Positions 50,959-60,017 are shown, numbered from the stretch's first letter. The stretch is 64,000 bases of DNA from Candidatus Sungiibacteriota bacterium (GCA_016186145.1 JACPMF010000002.1:82473-146472); one strand, 5' to 3'. The notes: generated by a model from the sequence alone, not told the origin. A program made the numbers and translations.

Positions 50959-51240
50959 TGCGGGATGGAGGAGCAGTACCTCGCGAGGCTCAAAAGTGTT
51001 TGGGCTCGTTAGTCAGCAATGGTTAATGGACACTCGTCAAATTCGGTGAACCCCCTTTACTTATATTTAGAGGCAACGCCGAGCCAAATCCTGTTAAAGC
51101 AGGAAAGGTGTAGAGACTATACGGCGGGCACCCCGCAGGGGTGAAGACATAGTCCGGACCACAAACCTAAATTTTAGGGCGATGTAAATCGTAGTGGTAT
51201 GCATAACCTCGAGGCCCCGGTGCAATTCCGGGTCCCGCAA
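50959..51240 (+). tRNA. Initiator-type tRNA-Met(CAT), split by a group I intron (exons 50959-50990 and 51202-51240)
   Basis: Spliced form: TGCGGGA-TG-GAGG-AGCAGTA-CCTC-G-CGAGG-CT|CAT-AA-CCTCG-AGGC-CCCGG-TGCAATT-CCGGG-TCCCGCA-A; A11-U24 pair and fMet-like acceptor stem. Confidence 0.88.
50991..51201 (+). ncRNA. Group I self-splicing intron (211 nt, no ORF)
   Basis: Inserted after U33 and ends in G. P1 (GCU|CAAA with UUUGGGC) has the U.G pair; P4-like AAATTCGGTGAA / CGCCGAGC; P7 AGAGACTA / ACATAGTCC. Confidence 0.9.
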
Positions 51241-51248
51241 CAACTTTG

Positions 51249-51285
51249 ATCAAAAACCGAATGTCAGAGGCATTCGGTTTTTGAT
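51249..51285 (+). terminator. Terminator-like hairpin after tRNA-fMet
   Basis: ATCAAAAACCGAATG-TCAGAGG-CATTCGGTTTTTGAT. Confidence 0.7.
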
Positions 51286-51326
51286 TCACCAATCGCATCA
51301 AAATGAATAACCGCACCGCGGTGTTC

Positions 51327-51428
51327 ACCCAGCACATAAATTTACAGCTGTCATTTTTTGCATTTCAGAGTTATCCAGCATTTCTTACGTTTTAAGATAT
51401 CCGGCGTATGTAAATTTATGTGCTGGGT
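51327..51428. mobile_element. MITE-like element with perfect 20-bp terminal inverted repeats
   Basis: ACCCAGCACATAAATTTACA ... TGTAAATTTATGTGCTGGGT; the ends resemble those of 9643-9792. Confidence 0.6.
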
Positions 51429-51523
51429 TATTGTTTCGTAGCCGCAATTCACTCCCGTTTTAAGCGGGATATTCTTGCGGACGAAACAATAAAAAGGACG
51501 GGTTTGCCGTCCTTTCGAATTTA

Positions 51524-52642
51524 TTAATTCAAGCCTGCCTGCGCAGGCAGGCCGCCAAGCCATAGATACATCAAGCGCTGGCGGCGCGTATGCTCGTCAA
51601 ACGGAAGCACGTTCACGGAGAAAGAAAATTTAGAAAAGATCTCGCCAAAGAGCGAATATTCTTTTGTGCTGTAGAGAACAACCTTCGCGCCGGCAAACTC
51701 TTTCTTCTCTTCAGTAATGCGTTTGACCTCGGCCGTTAGCATCTCGTTGAAAGTTCCGTTATCGTCAACGAGTTTTAGGGCCTTGGCCTGCTTGCCGCTC
51801 AATACGCGCCCGTCAGCGAGCCCCCGAATTTCTTCTTCAGTAAGTTTCCCTTTTCTGCCGTCGGCAACCACAGAAAGAAATTTTTCATAAGACTCATCAA
51901 TGAGCACTTGGAAAATCTGCCGTTCTTTCGGCGCCATCGCGCGAAAAGGCGAACCCGTATCCTTAAATTCGCCGGATTTAATGACCTCGTTCTTAACTCC
52001 GACCTTCTTGGCAAGTTCAGCAAAATTCATGGCGGACATCACAACTCCGATACTACCAGTAAGAGCTGTTTCGTCGGCGATAATCTCATCGGCGGCCTGC
52101 GCTATGTAATAGCCGCCGGATGCGGCAACAGAGTGCAAATACGCAATAACCCTTATATTACGCTTTTTCTTCCAGTCAAGAATCATCTGATAAAGTTCGT
52201 GAGAGGCCGTAACCGTCCCTCCGGGACTGTCAATATAGAACACGAGCGCAGTGAGATTTTTGTCTTTCTCTCCGTCAATAGTTATCAACCTATTTCTGAC
52301 CTTAGAAACCATGTTAGGAGAAGACCCTTCACCCAGCGTATCGCCATCTATTGTTCCAATAATCGGCACAACAGCGATAGTAGCCAATTTAGCATCTTTG
52401 GGAGCAGGACCGCTTTCGTTTGTCCAAATTGTTTGATAGGTACGCTGGGGTGCAGAAGTGGAGCTGAATGGGGGGTTGCTGTTAAAAACTACATAGACCA
52501 GCATAGAGGCCGTGAAAAGTATAACCATCAGTACGGTCCTGATGTACTTAAGACGCCGTTCTCTCCGCATCTCCTTGAAAAATGTGTCTACGATTTTGTC
52601 GGCCAACTTATCGTTGCGCGTGTCAACCGAGTTGTCCGCCAC
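51524..52642 (-). CDS. sppA: Signal peptide peptidase SppA (S49)
   Basis: IDSPGG, AASGGYYIA, TGSIGV, KSGEFKD, ADGRV; GTG start with SD AGGAGG. Confidence 0.93.
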   Translation of the reverse strand: MADNSVDTRNDKLADKIVDTFFKEMRRERRLKYIRTVLMVILFTASMLVYVVFNSNPPFSSTSAPQRTYQTIWTNESGPAPKDAKLATIAVVPIIGTIDGDTLGEGSSPNMVSKVRNRLITIDGEKDKNLTALVFYIDSPGGTVTASHELYQMILDWKKKRNIRVIAYLHSVAASGGYYIAQAADEIIADETALTGSIGVVMSAMNFAELAKKVGVKNEVIKSGEFKDTGSPFRAMAPKERQIFQVLIDESYEKFLSVVADGRKGKLTEEEIRGLADGRVLSGKQAKALKLVDDNGTFNEMLTAEVKRITEEKKEFAGAKVVLYSTKEYSLFGEIFSKFSFSVNVLPFDEHTRRQRLMYLWLGGLPAQAGLN

Positions 52643-52782
52643 GACAACCTCCTTTTTCTTTTGTTAATGAAGTTAGTTGAATTAGTACTTATCTTAAAGC
52701 GGAATGTCAATAGCTGCCGGGAGAAAGACTGACGGACTCTGTCGCATAGTCTTTTTACCGCACAGGATGTAAAATACGCCCT

Positions 52783-55089
52783 ATGGACAGCCATAAAAAG
52801 ACAAAAATAATACCAGTAACCCTATCTCGCACCCTCGGCGTCTGGGAAGTAACCTTGCTCGGGGTCGGCGCTCTTTTGGGCGGGGGAATTTTCACTTTGC
52901 TGGGACATGCCGCGGGGTTTGCCGGCGGCGGATTGGTGCTCGCTATGCTTCTTGGTGCGCTTATTTCATTTCTCAATTTAAACGCTTACGTTTCTCTTGC
53001 CACGACATTTCCCGAAGCCGGCGGCGGTTATCTTTGGGTGCGCGACGGCCTCGGAGATTTACAGGGATTTCTCGCCGGATGGATATCCTGGATGGCGCAC
53101 GCGGTTGCCTGTTCGTTGTATGCGGCAAGCTTCGGAATTTATGCCGGCGAACTTGTTTTTTCTCTCTTGAAACTGCCCGATCTCGGCGTTCCGCATACAA
53201 CATGGCAGTTAATTTTCACCGCTTTGGTCATTATTATTTTCAGTATCGTGAACTACCGCGGCGTTGCGCTCACCGGACGAATCGGCGGATACATCTCGCT
53301 CATCCTTCTTGCTATTTTGTTTTTCTATATCATATTCGGTATCAAACGAATCATCGGGGTTCCCGGGCTTTTAAGCACAAATTTTTCTCCTCTCCTGCCG
53401 TTCGGCCTGCTCGGCGTAATACAAGCGGCCTCGCTTTTCTATATTGCTTTTGAGGGTTCGGAGATTCAGGCACAAACCGGCGAAGAAGCAAAAGACCCCG
53501 CGCGCACTCTCAAAATCGGCCTTTTCAGCTCATGGGCAATTATTTCCGTTCTCTATCTCTTAATCGCTTTTGTCATAACCGGAGCAACGGCAAATGAAGG
53601 AACCCCCTCTTGGAAAATTCTCGGGAATTTCAGCGATCGGGCAATCATTGAATCGGCAAGACAATTTCTCCCGCTTGGACACCTTGTAATGGTCTTTGGC
53701 GGACTCCTTGCAAACATTGCGGCCCTCAACGCAACCATTTATTCTTCGTCACGCGTGCTTTTTGCAATGGCGCGGGACAAATTCGTTTTCTCGCGCCTCG
53801 GCGCAGTACACGAACTATCCCAAACGCCTTACCGCGCAGTACTCCTCTCGGCCCTTGCAATAATCTTAGTCGCCATACTTCTCCCGATCAAAGATATCGC
53901 GGGTGCGGCAGACATTTTATTTATCTTGCTTTTCTTTCAGCTGAACATGGCGTATATCCAACTCCGCCGAAAAAAACCGGAAGCGCGATGGCACTACATT
54001 ATTCCTTTTGGAATTACCGTGCCGCTCCTTGCAATGGCCCTTTACCTTCTCCTCGGCATCTCGCTTTTCCATGTCAGCCCGGCCGGCATTTACTTTACCG
54101 TTTTCTGGTTTTTGCTCGGATTGATAAACTATTTCGGCTATACCAAGACACAGGAGCGTGAAGAATTCACCCGGGAAGTCATATATGAGCACGCCGTGCG
54201 TTTTCACGAAAAAACCGACTACCGCGTAATCCTTCCGGTCGCCTCGGAGGGACATATAAACGAACTCTCCGCACTGTCATTTGCAATGGCTAAACAGGAA
54301 GAAGGAGAAATCCTTGCGCTTCGTATCCATGAAGTGCCGCAATCGCTCCCGCTCAATGCCGGCTTCCGCGCCGATCACGAACGGCGGATATTGGACAAGG
54401 TCGAAAAAGCGGCAACCGAAGAAAAAATAAATATCGACACCCGCGTCATGGCAGCCCGCTCGATCCCGGACGCCTTGCTCGGAGCAGTGCAGGTTGAAAA
54501 CGGCAAACTCCTTGTCATGGGCTGGGACGGCTACGTGAATGCAAAGGGGTTTATTTTTGGAAGAAAAGTCGACGTAATTCTCCACCGGGCAAAATGCGAC
54601 CTGATTGTTGCAAAGTTTCCGCAGACAGGCGAAACGCACTTTAAAAAAGTTTTCATCCCTGTTTCCGTCGATGAAAACCCGAACCTTCGCTTCACCGGAA
54701 AAGTGGCAACCGCGCTTTCCCGCAGGTTTGGCGCAACATCGACGGTTGGCATGGTAATACCGGAAAAAACGACAACCATTCAATACGCAAAATATTTTTC
54801 TTTGCTTGAAGATCGGATAAAAGAACTAAAGATTAAAACAGAAAACCAGCCGGAGATAAAACTTATCCGGTCAGACCATATTATTTCCGCAATCATCAAA
54901 GAAGCCGCTGATGGCCATTACGACGTAGTGCTTCTGCCCGCCGCACGAAGCCGCATCACAAAAGCCATCACCATGGGCTCAATCCCGGAGCAGGCGGCGA
55001 AGCACCTGCAAAAAAGAACGGTGATCATGGCAAAGGGCTACCGCGGTATTACCCAACCATTTTTTGATTACATCCGCTCAAGGTTTTAA
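52783..55089 (+). CDS. APC-family amino acid permease fused to two USP-like domains
   Basis: GVGALLGGGIF, P.AGG.Y, AFEGSE....GEE.KDP, SSRVLFAMARD; C-terminal LLVMGW..G..V..I.....CD and GSIPEQ. Confidence 0.88.
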   Translation: MDSHKKTKIIPVTLSRTLGVWEVTLLGVGALLGGGIFTLLGHAAGFAGGGLVLAMLLGALISFLNLNAYVSLATTFPEAGGGYLWVRDGLGDLQGFLAGWISWMAHAVACSLYAASFGIYAGELVFSLLKLPDLGVPHTTWQLIFTALVIIIFSIVNYRGVALTGRIGGYISLILLAILFFYIIFGIKRIIGVPGLLSTNFSPLLPFGLLGVIQAASLFYIAFEGSEIQAQTGEEAKDPARTLKIGLFSSWAIISVLYLLIAFVITGATANEGTPSWKILGNFSDRAIIESARQFLPLGHLVMVFGGLLANIAALNATIYSSSRVLFAMARDKFVFSRLGAVHELSQTPYRAVLLSALAIILVAILLPIKDIAGAADILFILLFFQLNMAYIQLRRKKPEARWHYIIPFGITVPLLAMALYLLLGISLFHVSPAGIYFTVFWFLLGLINYFGYTKTQEREEFTREVIYEHAVRFHEKTDYRVILPVASEGHINELSALSFAMAKQEEGEILALRIHEVPQSLPLNAGFRADHERRILDKVEKAATEEKINIDTRVMAARSIPDALLGAVQVENGKLLVMGWDGYVNAKGFIFGRKVDVILHRAKCDLIVAKFPQTGETHFKKVFIPVSVDENPNLRFTGKVATALSRRFGATSTVGMVIPEKTTTIQYAKYFSLLEDRIKELKIKTENQPEIKLIRSDHIISAIIKEAADGHYDVVLLPAARSRITKAITMGSIPEQAAKHLQKRTVIMAKGYRGITQPFFDYIRSRF

Positions 55090-55163
55090 TTTGACAAAAA
55101 ATATATTATATGTTAGTCTTTAAAAACTCGGCTCCTTGACTTAAAACAACCGGAGGTGCCAGC

Positions 55164-55643
55164 GTGATTATTAAAATGCGCCTAGAAGACGCGCTGGAGG
55201 TGTTAGTTGAAAAGCTGCTTCCAAGATTTTCCAGTGACAATTCTCTGCTTCTAATTAGTTTGGATGTACGAGCGTGCGTGCTTAAACCGAAAAACGGCAA
55301 GCAAAAAAGGGTGGTACGACGGTACGTTTATCTCATGTTCCACAGGCCGAATAACTACACAAAAGTCTTGTGGAATGCGACGACAAACAACAGAAAACCG
55401 GTATGGGACTTCACGGAATGGGAAGTAAAATCAGATCACGATTCGTGCTGGACAACGGATGGACTATCAACGCCTTTGTTTAATCTCGGCCTTGTAATGA
55501 CGAAAGAGATCGATCCAAAATTGCCTCCGATTGACTGCGAAGTGTTGGCACACTTCTCGTGGTTCATGAGACCGAGACTGGTCACCATCAAGGGCTACCA
55601 GTACGACCGCGAAAAGCACAAATTCACGGTTCAATGGAAATAG
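55164..55643 (+). CDS. Hypothetical protein (ORFan cassette)
   Basis: TTGACA-17-TAGTCT promoter (55091-55119), SD GGAGGTG and terminator CCCGAATC..GATTCGGG-T5. Confidence 0.65.
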   Translation: MIIKMRLEDALEVLVEKLLPRFSSDNSLLLISLDVRACVLKPKNGKQKRVVRRYVYLMFHRPNNYTKVLWNATTNNRKPVWDFTEWEVKSDHDSCWTTDGLSTPLFNLGLVMTKEIDPKLPPIDCEVLAHFSWFMRPRLVTIKGYQYDREKHKFTVQWK

Positions 55644-55746
55644 CGCAAGTACCCCGAATCAAACTTCACGATTCGGGTTTTTGTTTTATTTGGATTTTTA
55701 CAAATCTTGCTAAAAGCATAAAAATCGGCTATACTTTCTATAATTT

Positions 55747-55818
55747 GCCTCTGTAGTTCAACGGCTAGAACGAGGGACTCATAAACCCTAGAAGGTGGTT
55801 CGACTCCACCCAGAGGCA
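55747..55818 (+). tRNA. tRNA with CAT anticodon (elongator Met, or Ile2)
   Basis: GCCTCTG/CAGAGGC acceptor stem, AGGGA-CT-CAT-AA-ACCCT, GGTGG-TTCGACT-CCACC. Confidence 0.9.
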
Positions 55819-55981
55819 TAAAAAGTTTTGTCTGCGAGAACGAGCATGCGCAGGGCTCGAGTAGTAACAAAACCTTTACCCTTTTAAATAATTTTGCTCC
55901 GCAAAATTAGCACGAAGCGCTATTTAACAGGGTGCTGAATTTTGTAGTTACTCGCTAAAGCTCATAAACAAAATTCGCATG
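55819..55981 (+). repeat. Three-domain nested-hairpin element, copy 4 (tRNA 3' end to the ATG of a small ORF)
   Basis: TAAAAAGTTTTG..CAAAACCTTTA, CCCTTTTAAAT..ATTTAACAGGG, TGCTGAATTTTGT..ACAAAATTCGC-ATG. Confidence 0.88.
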
Positions 55982-56131
55982 ATCAAAAAAATTAGAGGAA
56001 AATATACGGTGCTTTCGGAGACAACCGGCAGAAAATTCGGAACATACAAAACAACAGCTAGGGCGAAAAAACGCCTGAAACAAGTTGAATTTTTTAAGCA
56101 TCTGTCCAAAAACAAGCGCCGCAAAGTATAA
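55979..56131 (+). CDS. 50-aa basic protein (below the ORF-track cutoff)
   Basis: MIKKIRGKYTVLSETTGRKFGTYKTTARAKKRLKQVEFFKHLSKNKRRKV; ends 7 nt before pyrH. Confidence 0.7.
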   Translation: MIKKIRGKYTVLSETTGRKFGTYKTTARAKKRLKQVEFFKHLSKNKRRKV

Positions 56132-56138
56132 AATTGAT

Positions 56139-56864
56139 ATGTCAAAAAAAACAAAATACAAGCGAATTCTTTTAAAACTCTCCGGAGAAGCCCTTGGAGG
56201 AAAGGGACAATTTGGACTTGATGTCAGCGCGGCTGAATATATTGCCAAGGAAGTTAAAGACGCGTATTCGCTTGGAGCCGAGGTTGCCATTGTCATCGGC
56301 GGAGGAAACATTATTCGGGGAGAAAAACTCTCAAAGATAGGAGTCGACAGGCCAACAGCAGACTCAATGGGTATGCTCGGAACCGTAATCAATGCCCTCG
56401 CTTTGCAAAATGCCCTTGAAAAAATCGGCCTCTTTACACGAGTAATGAGTTCGCTTACCATCACTGAAGTAGCCGAGCCGTTTATCCGGCGGAGGGCTGT
56501 CCGCCATCTCGAGAAAAAGCGGATTGTGATTTTTGCAGGAGGAACCGGCAGTCCTTATTTTTCAACCGATACCGCCGCCTCGCTTCGCGCCTCGGAAATT
56601 AGCGCCGATGTTATCCTGAAAGCAACGAATGTGCGTGGAATTTATGAAGCAGATCCCAAAGTAAAGAAGGACGCAAAATTTTTCTCGGAAATCAACCCGA
56701 TGGAAATGGTGAAACGCGGTCTTCGCGTCATGGATTTAACGGCAATAACCCTTGCCATGGAAAACAAAATCCCGATTGTCGTCTTTGACGCCTTCCGAAA
56801 AGGGAATCTTAAAAAATTACTGCTCGGAAAAAAAATAGGTTCGGAGATAAAGGTCTCGGCCTAA
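56139..56864 (+). CDS. pyrH: UMP kinase
   Basis: RILLKLSGEAL, GGGNIIRG, D.MGMLGTVINAL, PYFSTDTAASLRA. Confidence 0.96.
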   Translation: MSKKTKYKRILLKLSGEALGGKGQFGLDVSAAEYIAKEVKDAYSLGAEVAIVIGGGNIIRGEKLSKIGVDRPTADSMGMLGTVINALALQNALEKIGLFTRVMSSLTITEVAEPFIRRRAVRHLEKKRIVIFAGGTGSPYFSTDTAASLRASEISADVILKATNVRGIYEADPKVKKDAKFFSEINPMEMVKRGLRVMDLTAITLAMENKIPIVVFDAFRKGNLKKLLLGKKIGSEIKVSA

Positions 56865-57025
56865 ATTTTCAAATCATTGACGCAGAAAATTTAGCTGCCG
56901 AAACTTTACCCTGTTAAATAATTTCGCCTTTGGCGAAATTGCCGCAAAGCGGCATTTAACAGGGTGCTCAATGTTGTAATAAAATTTACTTCGCATTGAG
57001 CTCGTAAATTTTAACAACATTGGCA
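56848..57025 (+). repeat. Three-domain nested-hairpin element, copy 5 (pyrH 3' end to tRNA-Asp)
   Basis: TAAAGGTCTCGGC..GCCGAAACTTTA; P2 identical to copy 2; TGCTCAATGTTGT..ACAACATTGGCA. Confidence 0.9.
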
Positions 57026-57030
57026 TACAT

Positions 57031-57106
57031 GCGGCCATAGCTTAGCCCGGCTTAAAGCGCCTCCCTGTCACGGAGGAGACCAGGGGTTCGAATCCCCTTG
57101 GCCGCG
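57031..57106 (+). tRNA. tRNA-Asp(GTC)
   Basis: GCGGCCA/TGGCCGC acceptor stem, CCTCC-CT-GTC-AC-GGAGG, GGTTCGAATCC. Confidence 0.95.
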
Positions 57107-57284
57107 AAGCGAACAAAGTGAGCGGCGGGACAAAAGCGAGCAAACTGCTTTGCTCGCGCGGGGATTCGAAGCGCGGAACGATGTACTCGCTTGTCGCCAT
57201 TGGCGGCAGGCGAGTACCGCAAGCGGCGGGCTGCGAAAAATTTCCGTCAGGAAATTTATTTGCAGCCGAATCCCATGCGACCCG
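57107..57284 (+). repeat. Structured tRNA-trailer element ending in a tRNA-3'-like remnant
   Basis: GGGATTCG..CGAATCCC outer stem; AAATTTCCGTCAGGAAAT shared with the tRNA-Gln trailer; ends CGAATCCCATGCGACCCG. Confidence 0.65.
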
Positions 57285-57424
57285 TAATTGTTTCACTTAT
57301 ATTTCATGCTTAGATTTTAACCCCAACAGGAAAGTTAGAACCCTACACAACGCAAACCCTTTCTTATTTGCGAAAATTGATTATAATGCAATTAATGTTT
57401 GAAAAATACAGGGAGGTAAACACA

Positions 57425-57634
57425 ATGGAAGCTAATGGGCTAATAGCGTCCGCATCTTTACAACGTGAGTTTCGAAGATTTCGCAGTTTGGGTGGCCGTA
57501 TAGAGATAAATAAAAATGAAATTATTGTGTTCCCTGCAATAGTTCCCACAAAAATCGCTGAGGCATTCGCAGAGCGAATTAGAAATCTCGATACAACAAA
57601 CCTTTTTGAGGTTTCGGTGAAAAGTGAGGCGTAG
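57425..57634 (+). CDS. Small hypothetical protein
   Basis: SD GGGAGGT before ATG 57425. Confidence 0.55.
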   Translation: MEANGLIASASLQREFRRFRSLGGRIEINKNEIIVFPAIVPTKIAEAFAERIRNLDTTNLFEVSVKSEA

Positions 57635-57750
57635 GCATTCCTACGTCCTTTTATTTAATGACGGCGTTAAATGATAACTTAGGGAGGAGAAAGAAGCTCT
57701 CGGTGGTATTCATCCAATAGTTTCTAACGTCATCTATCGGTCCCCACAGT

Positions 57751-58416
57751 ATGAATCCAGAATCTCCAGGCAGTAAAGAAGCAAAACCAAAACACGGCGC
57801 GGTGCGCCTGTTTTTTGAAATGGATAAGAAGAACGAACTATCGCTTAAAGAAAAAATTAAACAAGCAAAGGGGCTTATCCGTGTTTTTATCCATCCTGAC
57901 TTTGAAAGGTATTCAGGATTTGAAAGCATAAAGGAACAACCGGAAGATGTAGAAAAACTGCGGCAGGAAGAACAAATATTCAGGAGAATCCTTTCTTCAG
58001 AATCCACGGCAACACCGCCAATATTTATTTTTGAAGACGGCTGGGAGAGCCTCGACTACCAGCAAAAAGAGGAGCGCCTCGAAAGACTGACCGCCAACGA
58101 CTTGTTTTTAGTTCGAACGTATCCGGCAAACCCTGACCCGTTGCCGCTACACAAAAAACCTGGTTCCTCCTGGCGAGTTTTAAATGAGGCAGAACGGGAA
58201 AGAAGAGAAGAAGATATAACTTTCATGTGGCAGTGGCTCGCCGAGGAACTAAAAAAACTCGGAGTTAAAAAAATTCTTATCGGAGGGCTTGAATTTTATG
58301 TAACCGGGGACAAAGACAAAAGCCATAGCGGATGCATGGGAATTGCCATGAACAAACTTAAAAAATACGGCTTTGACGTAGAAATTTCCGCGCTTACTTG
58401 GCCGGACAAGCGTTAA
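57751..58416 (+). CDS. Hypothetical protein
   Basis: 221-aa ORF; IHP..., LKKLGVKKILIGG, GC motif (weakly isochorismatase-like). Confidence 0.65.
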   Translation: MNPESPGSKEAKPKHGAVRLFFEMDKKNELSLKEKIKQAKGLIRVFIHPDFERYSGFESIKEQPEDVEKLRQEEQIFRRILSSESTATPPIFIFEDGWESLDYQQKEERLERLTANDLFLVRTYPANPDPLPLHKKPGSSWRVLNEAERERREEDITFMWQWLAEELKKLGVKKILIGGLEFYVTGDKDKSHSGCMGIAMNKLKKYGFDVEISALTWPDKR

Positions 58417-58464
58417 TGATACTTCGCCCAAAACAAAATCCGCACGAGGTGCGGATAACGCGCA

Positions 58465-58965
58465 TTAAAACGCGGCTGTGTGACGAACGATATTTGGGAT
58501 AACCGCTTTCGCGGTTATTTCTACAAGCGTATTCTCGGTTGGAAATTCCAACGGCACTTCCGGTACCCAAACCGTTGTTCTTGCCGGAAGATTCCCGAAC
58601 GCACTAGAACGTGCGTACTGTTTGAAAAATTCTTCATAGGCGGCACCAAATGTTTCCCTACTCCACTTTCTCCCCAACTCTTGGAGTTGCTTGTAACCAC
58701 CACCATTACTATCCTTAAGAAAAACCTTCAGCTCAACAATGTCATGAACGTCTCCACCAGCCGCCCTTACCACCGCAAGGATATTTTTCAGTGTTTGAGT
58801 AGTTTGCGGCCCAACCCCGCCATCTATAACGGGTTCGCCCTCAACGCCCGGCACATTGCCCGTCTGCCCCGAAAGATAAAGATGCGTATGGTCTCCGCAC
58901 TTAACAGCAACGGCCTGGCTGTAACATCCTGGTTTTGGGGCTTTGTCCGTAAGGATGTATTGCAT
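58465..58965 (-). CDS. RidA/YjgF family protein
   Basis: APKPG.YSQAV, LYLSGQ, QT.QTLKNI, PART, LVEI.A.A; SD GGAGG. Confidence 0.88.
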   Translation of the reverse strand: MQYILTDKAPKPGCYSQAVAVKCGDHTHLYLSGQTGNVPGVEGEPVIDGGVGPQTTQTLKNILAVVRAAGGDVHDIVELKVFLKDSNGGGYKQLQELGRKWSRETFGAAYEEFFKQYARSSAFGNLPARTTVWVPEVPLEFPTENTLVEITAKAVIPNIVRHTAAF

Positions 58966-59228
58966 GGGCAACTCCTCCGTTCGCGCTTTTCAAAAGAACC
59001 TTATTTTGTAACTAGCATACTATATTGGTTTTAAAAATTAGTCAAACCAGAAACGTATAGACTTACACTATTTGGCCTGAATTCCTAAAGAACCCAAAAT
59101 TAAACCGCGTATTGAACGGTTATTCCCGCTTGACTTTTTATGTCTTAATAACTATAATAATTTAAAGCGTTTTTTGACAACCTGATAACCACTTAACAGA
59201 CAAACTTCCGGCGCCAGGAGGGCTAAGC

Positions 59229-59465
59229 ATGACCATATACGAAATTATTTCATTATCCATTACGCTGCCCATCATCATTGCATGCCTAGCTTTTCTGGGC
59301 TGGGCATTTACAATAGCCATGAAAGATCCTAATCGCCATTGCTGGCTACGTTTCCGTCGGCATGACCTTGGCGAGCCTGTGACACAATACAATCACTACA
59401 TGCAAGACCCCATCAGTGTAACACATCAACGTTGCAAGTCTTGTGGAAAAACAGTAACGCGGTAA
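59229..59465 (+). CDS. Small TM plus Cys/His Zn-ribbon protein (DUF1660-like)
   Basis: TTGACT-17-TATAAT promoter (59130-59158); SD AGGAGG; HCWLRFRRHD...RCKSCGK. Confidence 0.65.
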   Translation: MTIYEIISLSITLPIIIACLAFLGWAFTIAMKDPNRHCWLRFRRHDLGEPVTQYNHYMQDPISVTHQRCKSCGKTVTR

Positions 59466-59633
59466 AGTAAATAAATTTTATTTTTTACATAAAGCTGACC
59501 CCTTACGCACCAGCCAGTAAACAATCAACAATTATCAACTCTGTAAAATCCTAACCGCTCTCTAACACCAAAAAACACACCTAAAAAAACAAGCCCGCAC
59601 AGTATTGCGGGCTTTATTATATAATTGAAAAAC

Positions 59634-60017
59634 TTATGAGAGTAGAGCTGTAAATTCCGGAAAACGGCCGCTCTTTGTCAAATACTCGCTATAAAACTTT
59701 TCTGGCAGGGACACGCCGACCAACGTGACATACAAAGTAGCGACGTCTTCAAGAGTATCGGACGGAAGTCCTCGCAGGGCATCCACACATGCCCTTGCGT
59801 GCATCTTTGCAATCTCGAGATACTCTTTCTTCTTATCGCGAAACCCTTCACCCATCCTGTCTGATTCCCGCTTGATCGCAACCGCAAGGGCAAACGCAAC
59901 TTCTGCCCTAATATTCCTTGACCACCCGTCGTTGAACCTCTTGAAAGCATCGACAAGCTGCCATAGCGACAATTCTTTAAGCCCCCGGCCATCCATAACT
60001 TCGGCAAGTGTCGGCAT
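59634..60017 (-). CDS. Hypothetical helical protein (ORFan cassette)
   Basis: SD TAAGGAGG; terminator AAGCCCGCA..TGCGGGCTT at 59591-59613. Confidence 0.6.
   Translation of the reverse strand: MPTLAEVMDGRGLKELSLWQLVDAFKRFNDGWSRNIRAEVAFALAVAIKRESDRMGEGFRDKKKEYLEIAKMHARACVDALRGLPSDTLEDVATLYVTLVGVSLPEKFYSEYLTKSGRFPEFTALLS

Noticed and set aside
51908-52732. 274-aa plus-strand ORF and other long antisense ORFs (e.g. 63063-63674, 37972-38523)
   Set aside because: Shadow frames opposite well-supported genes (sppA, pheT, atpF).
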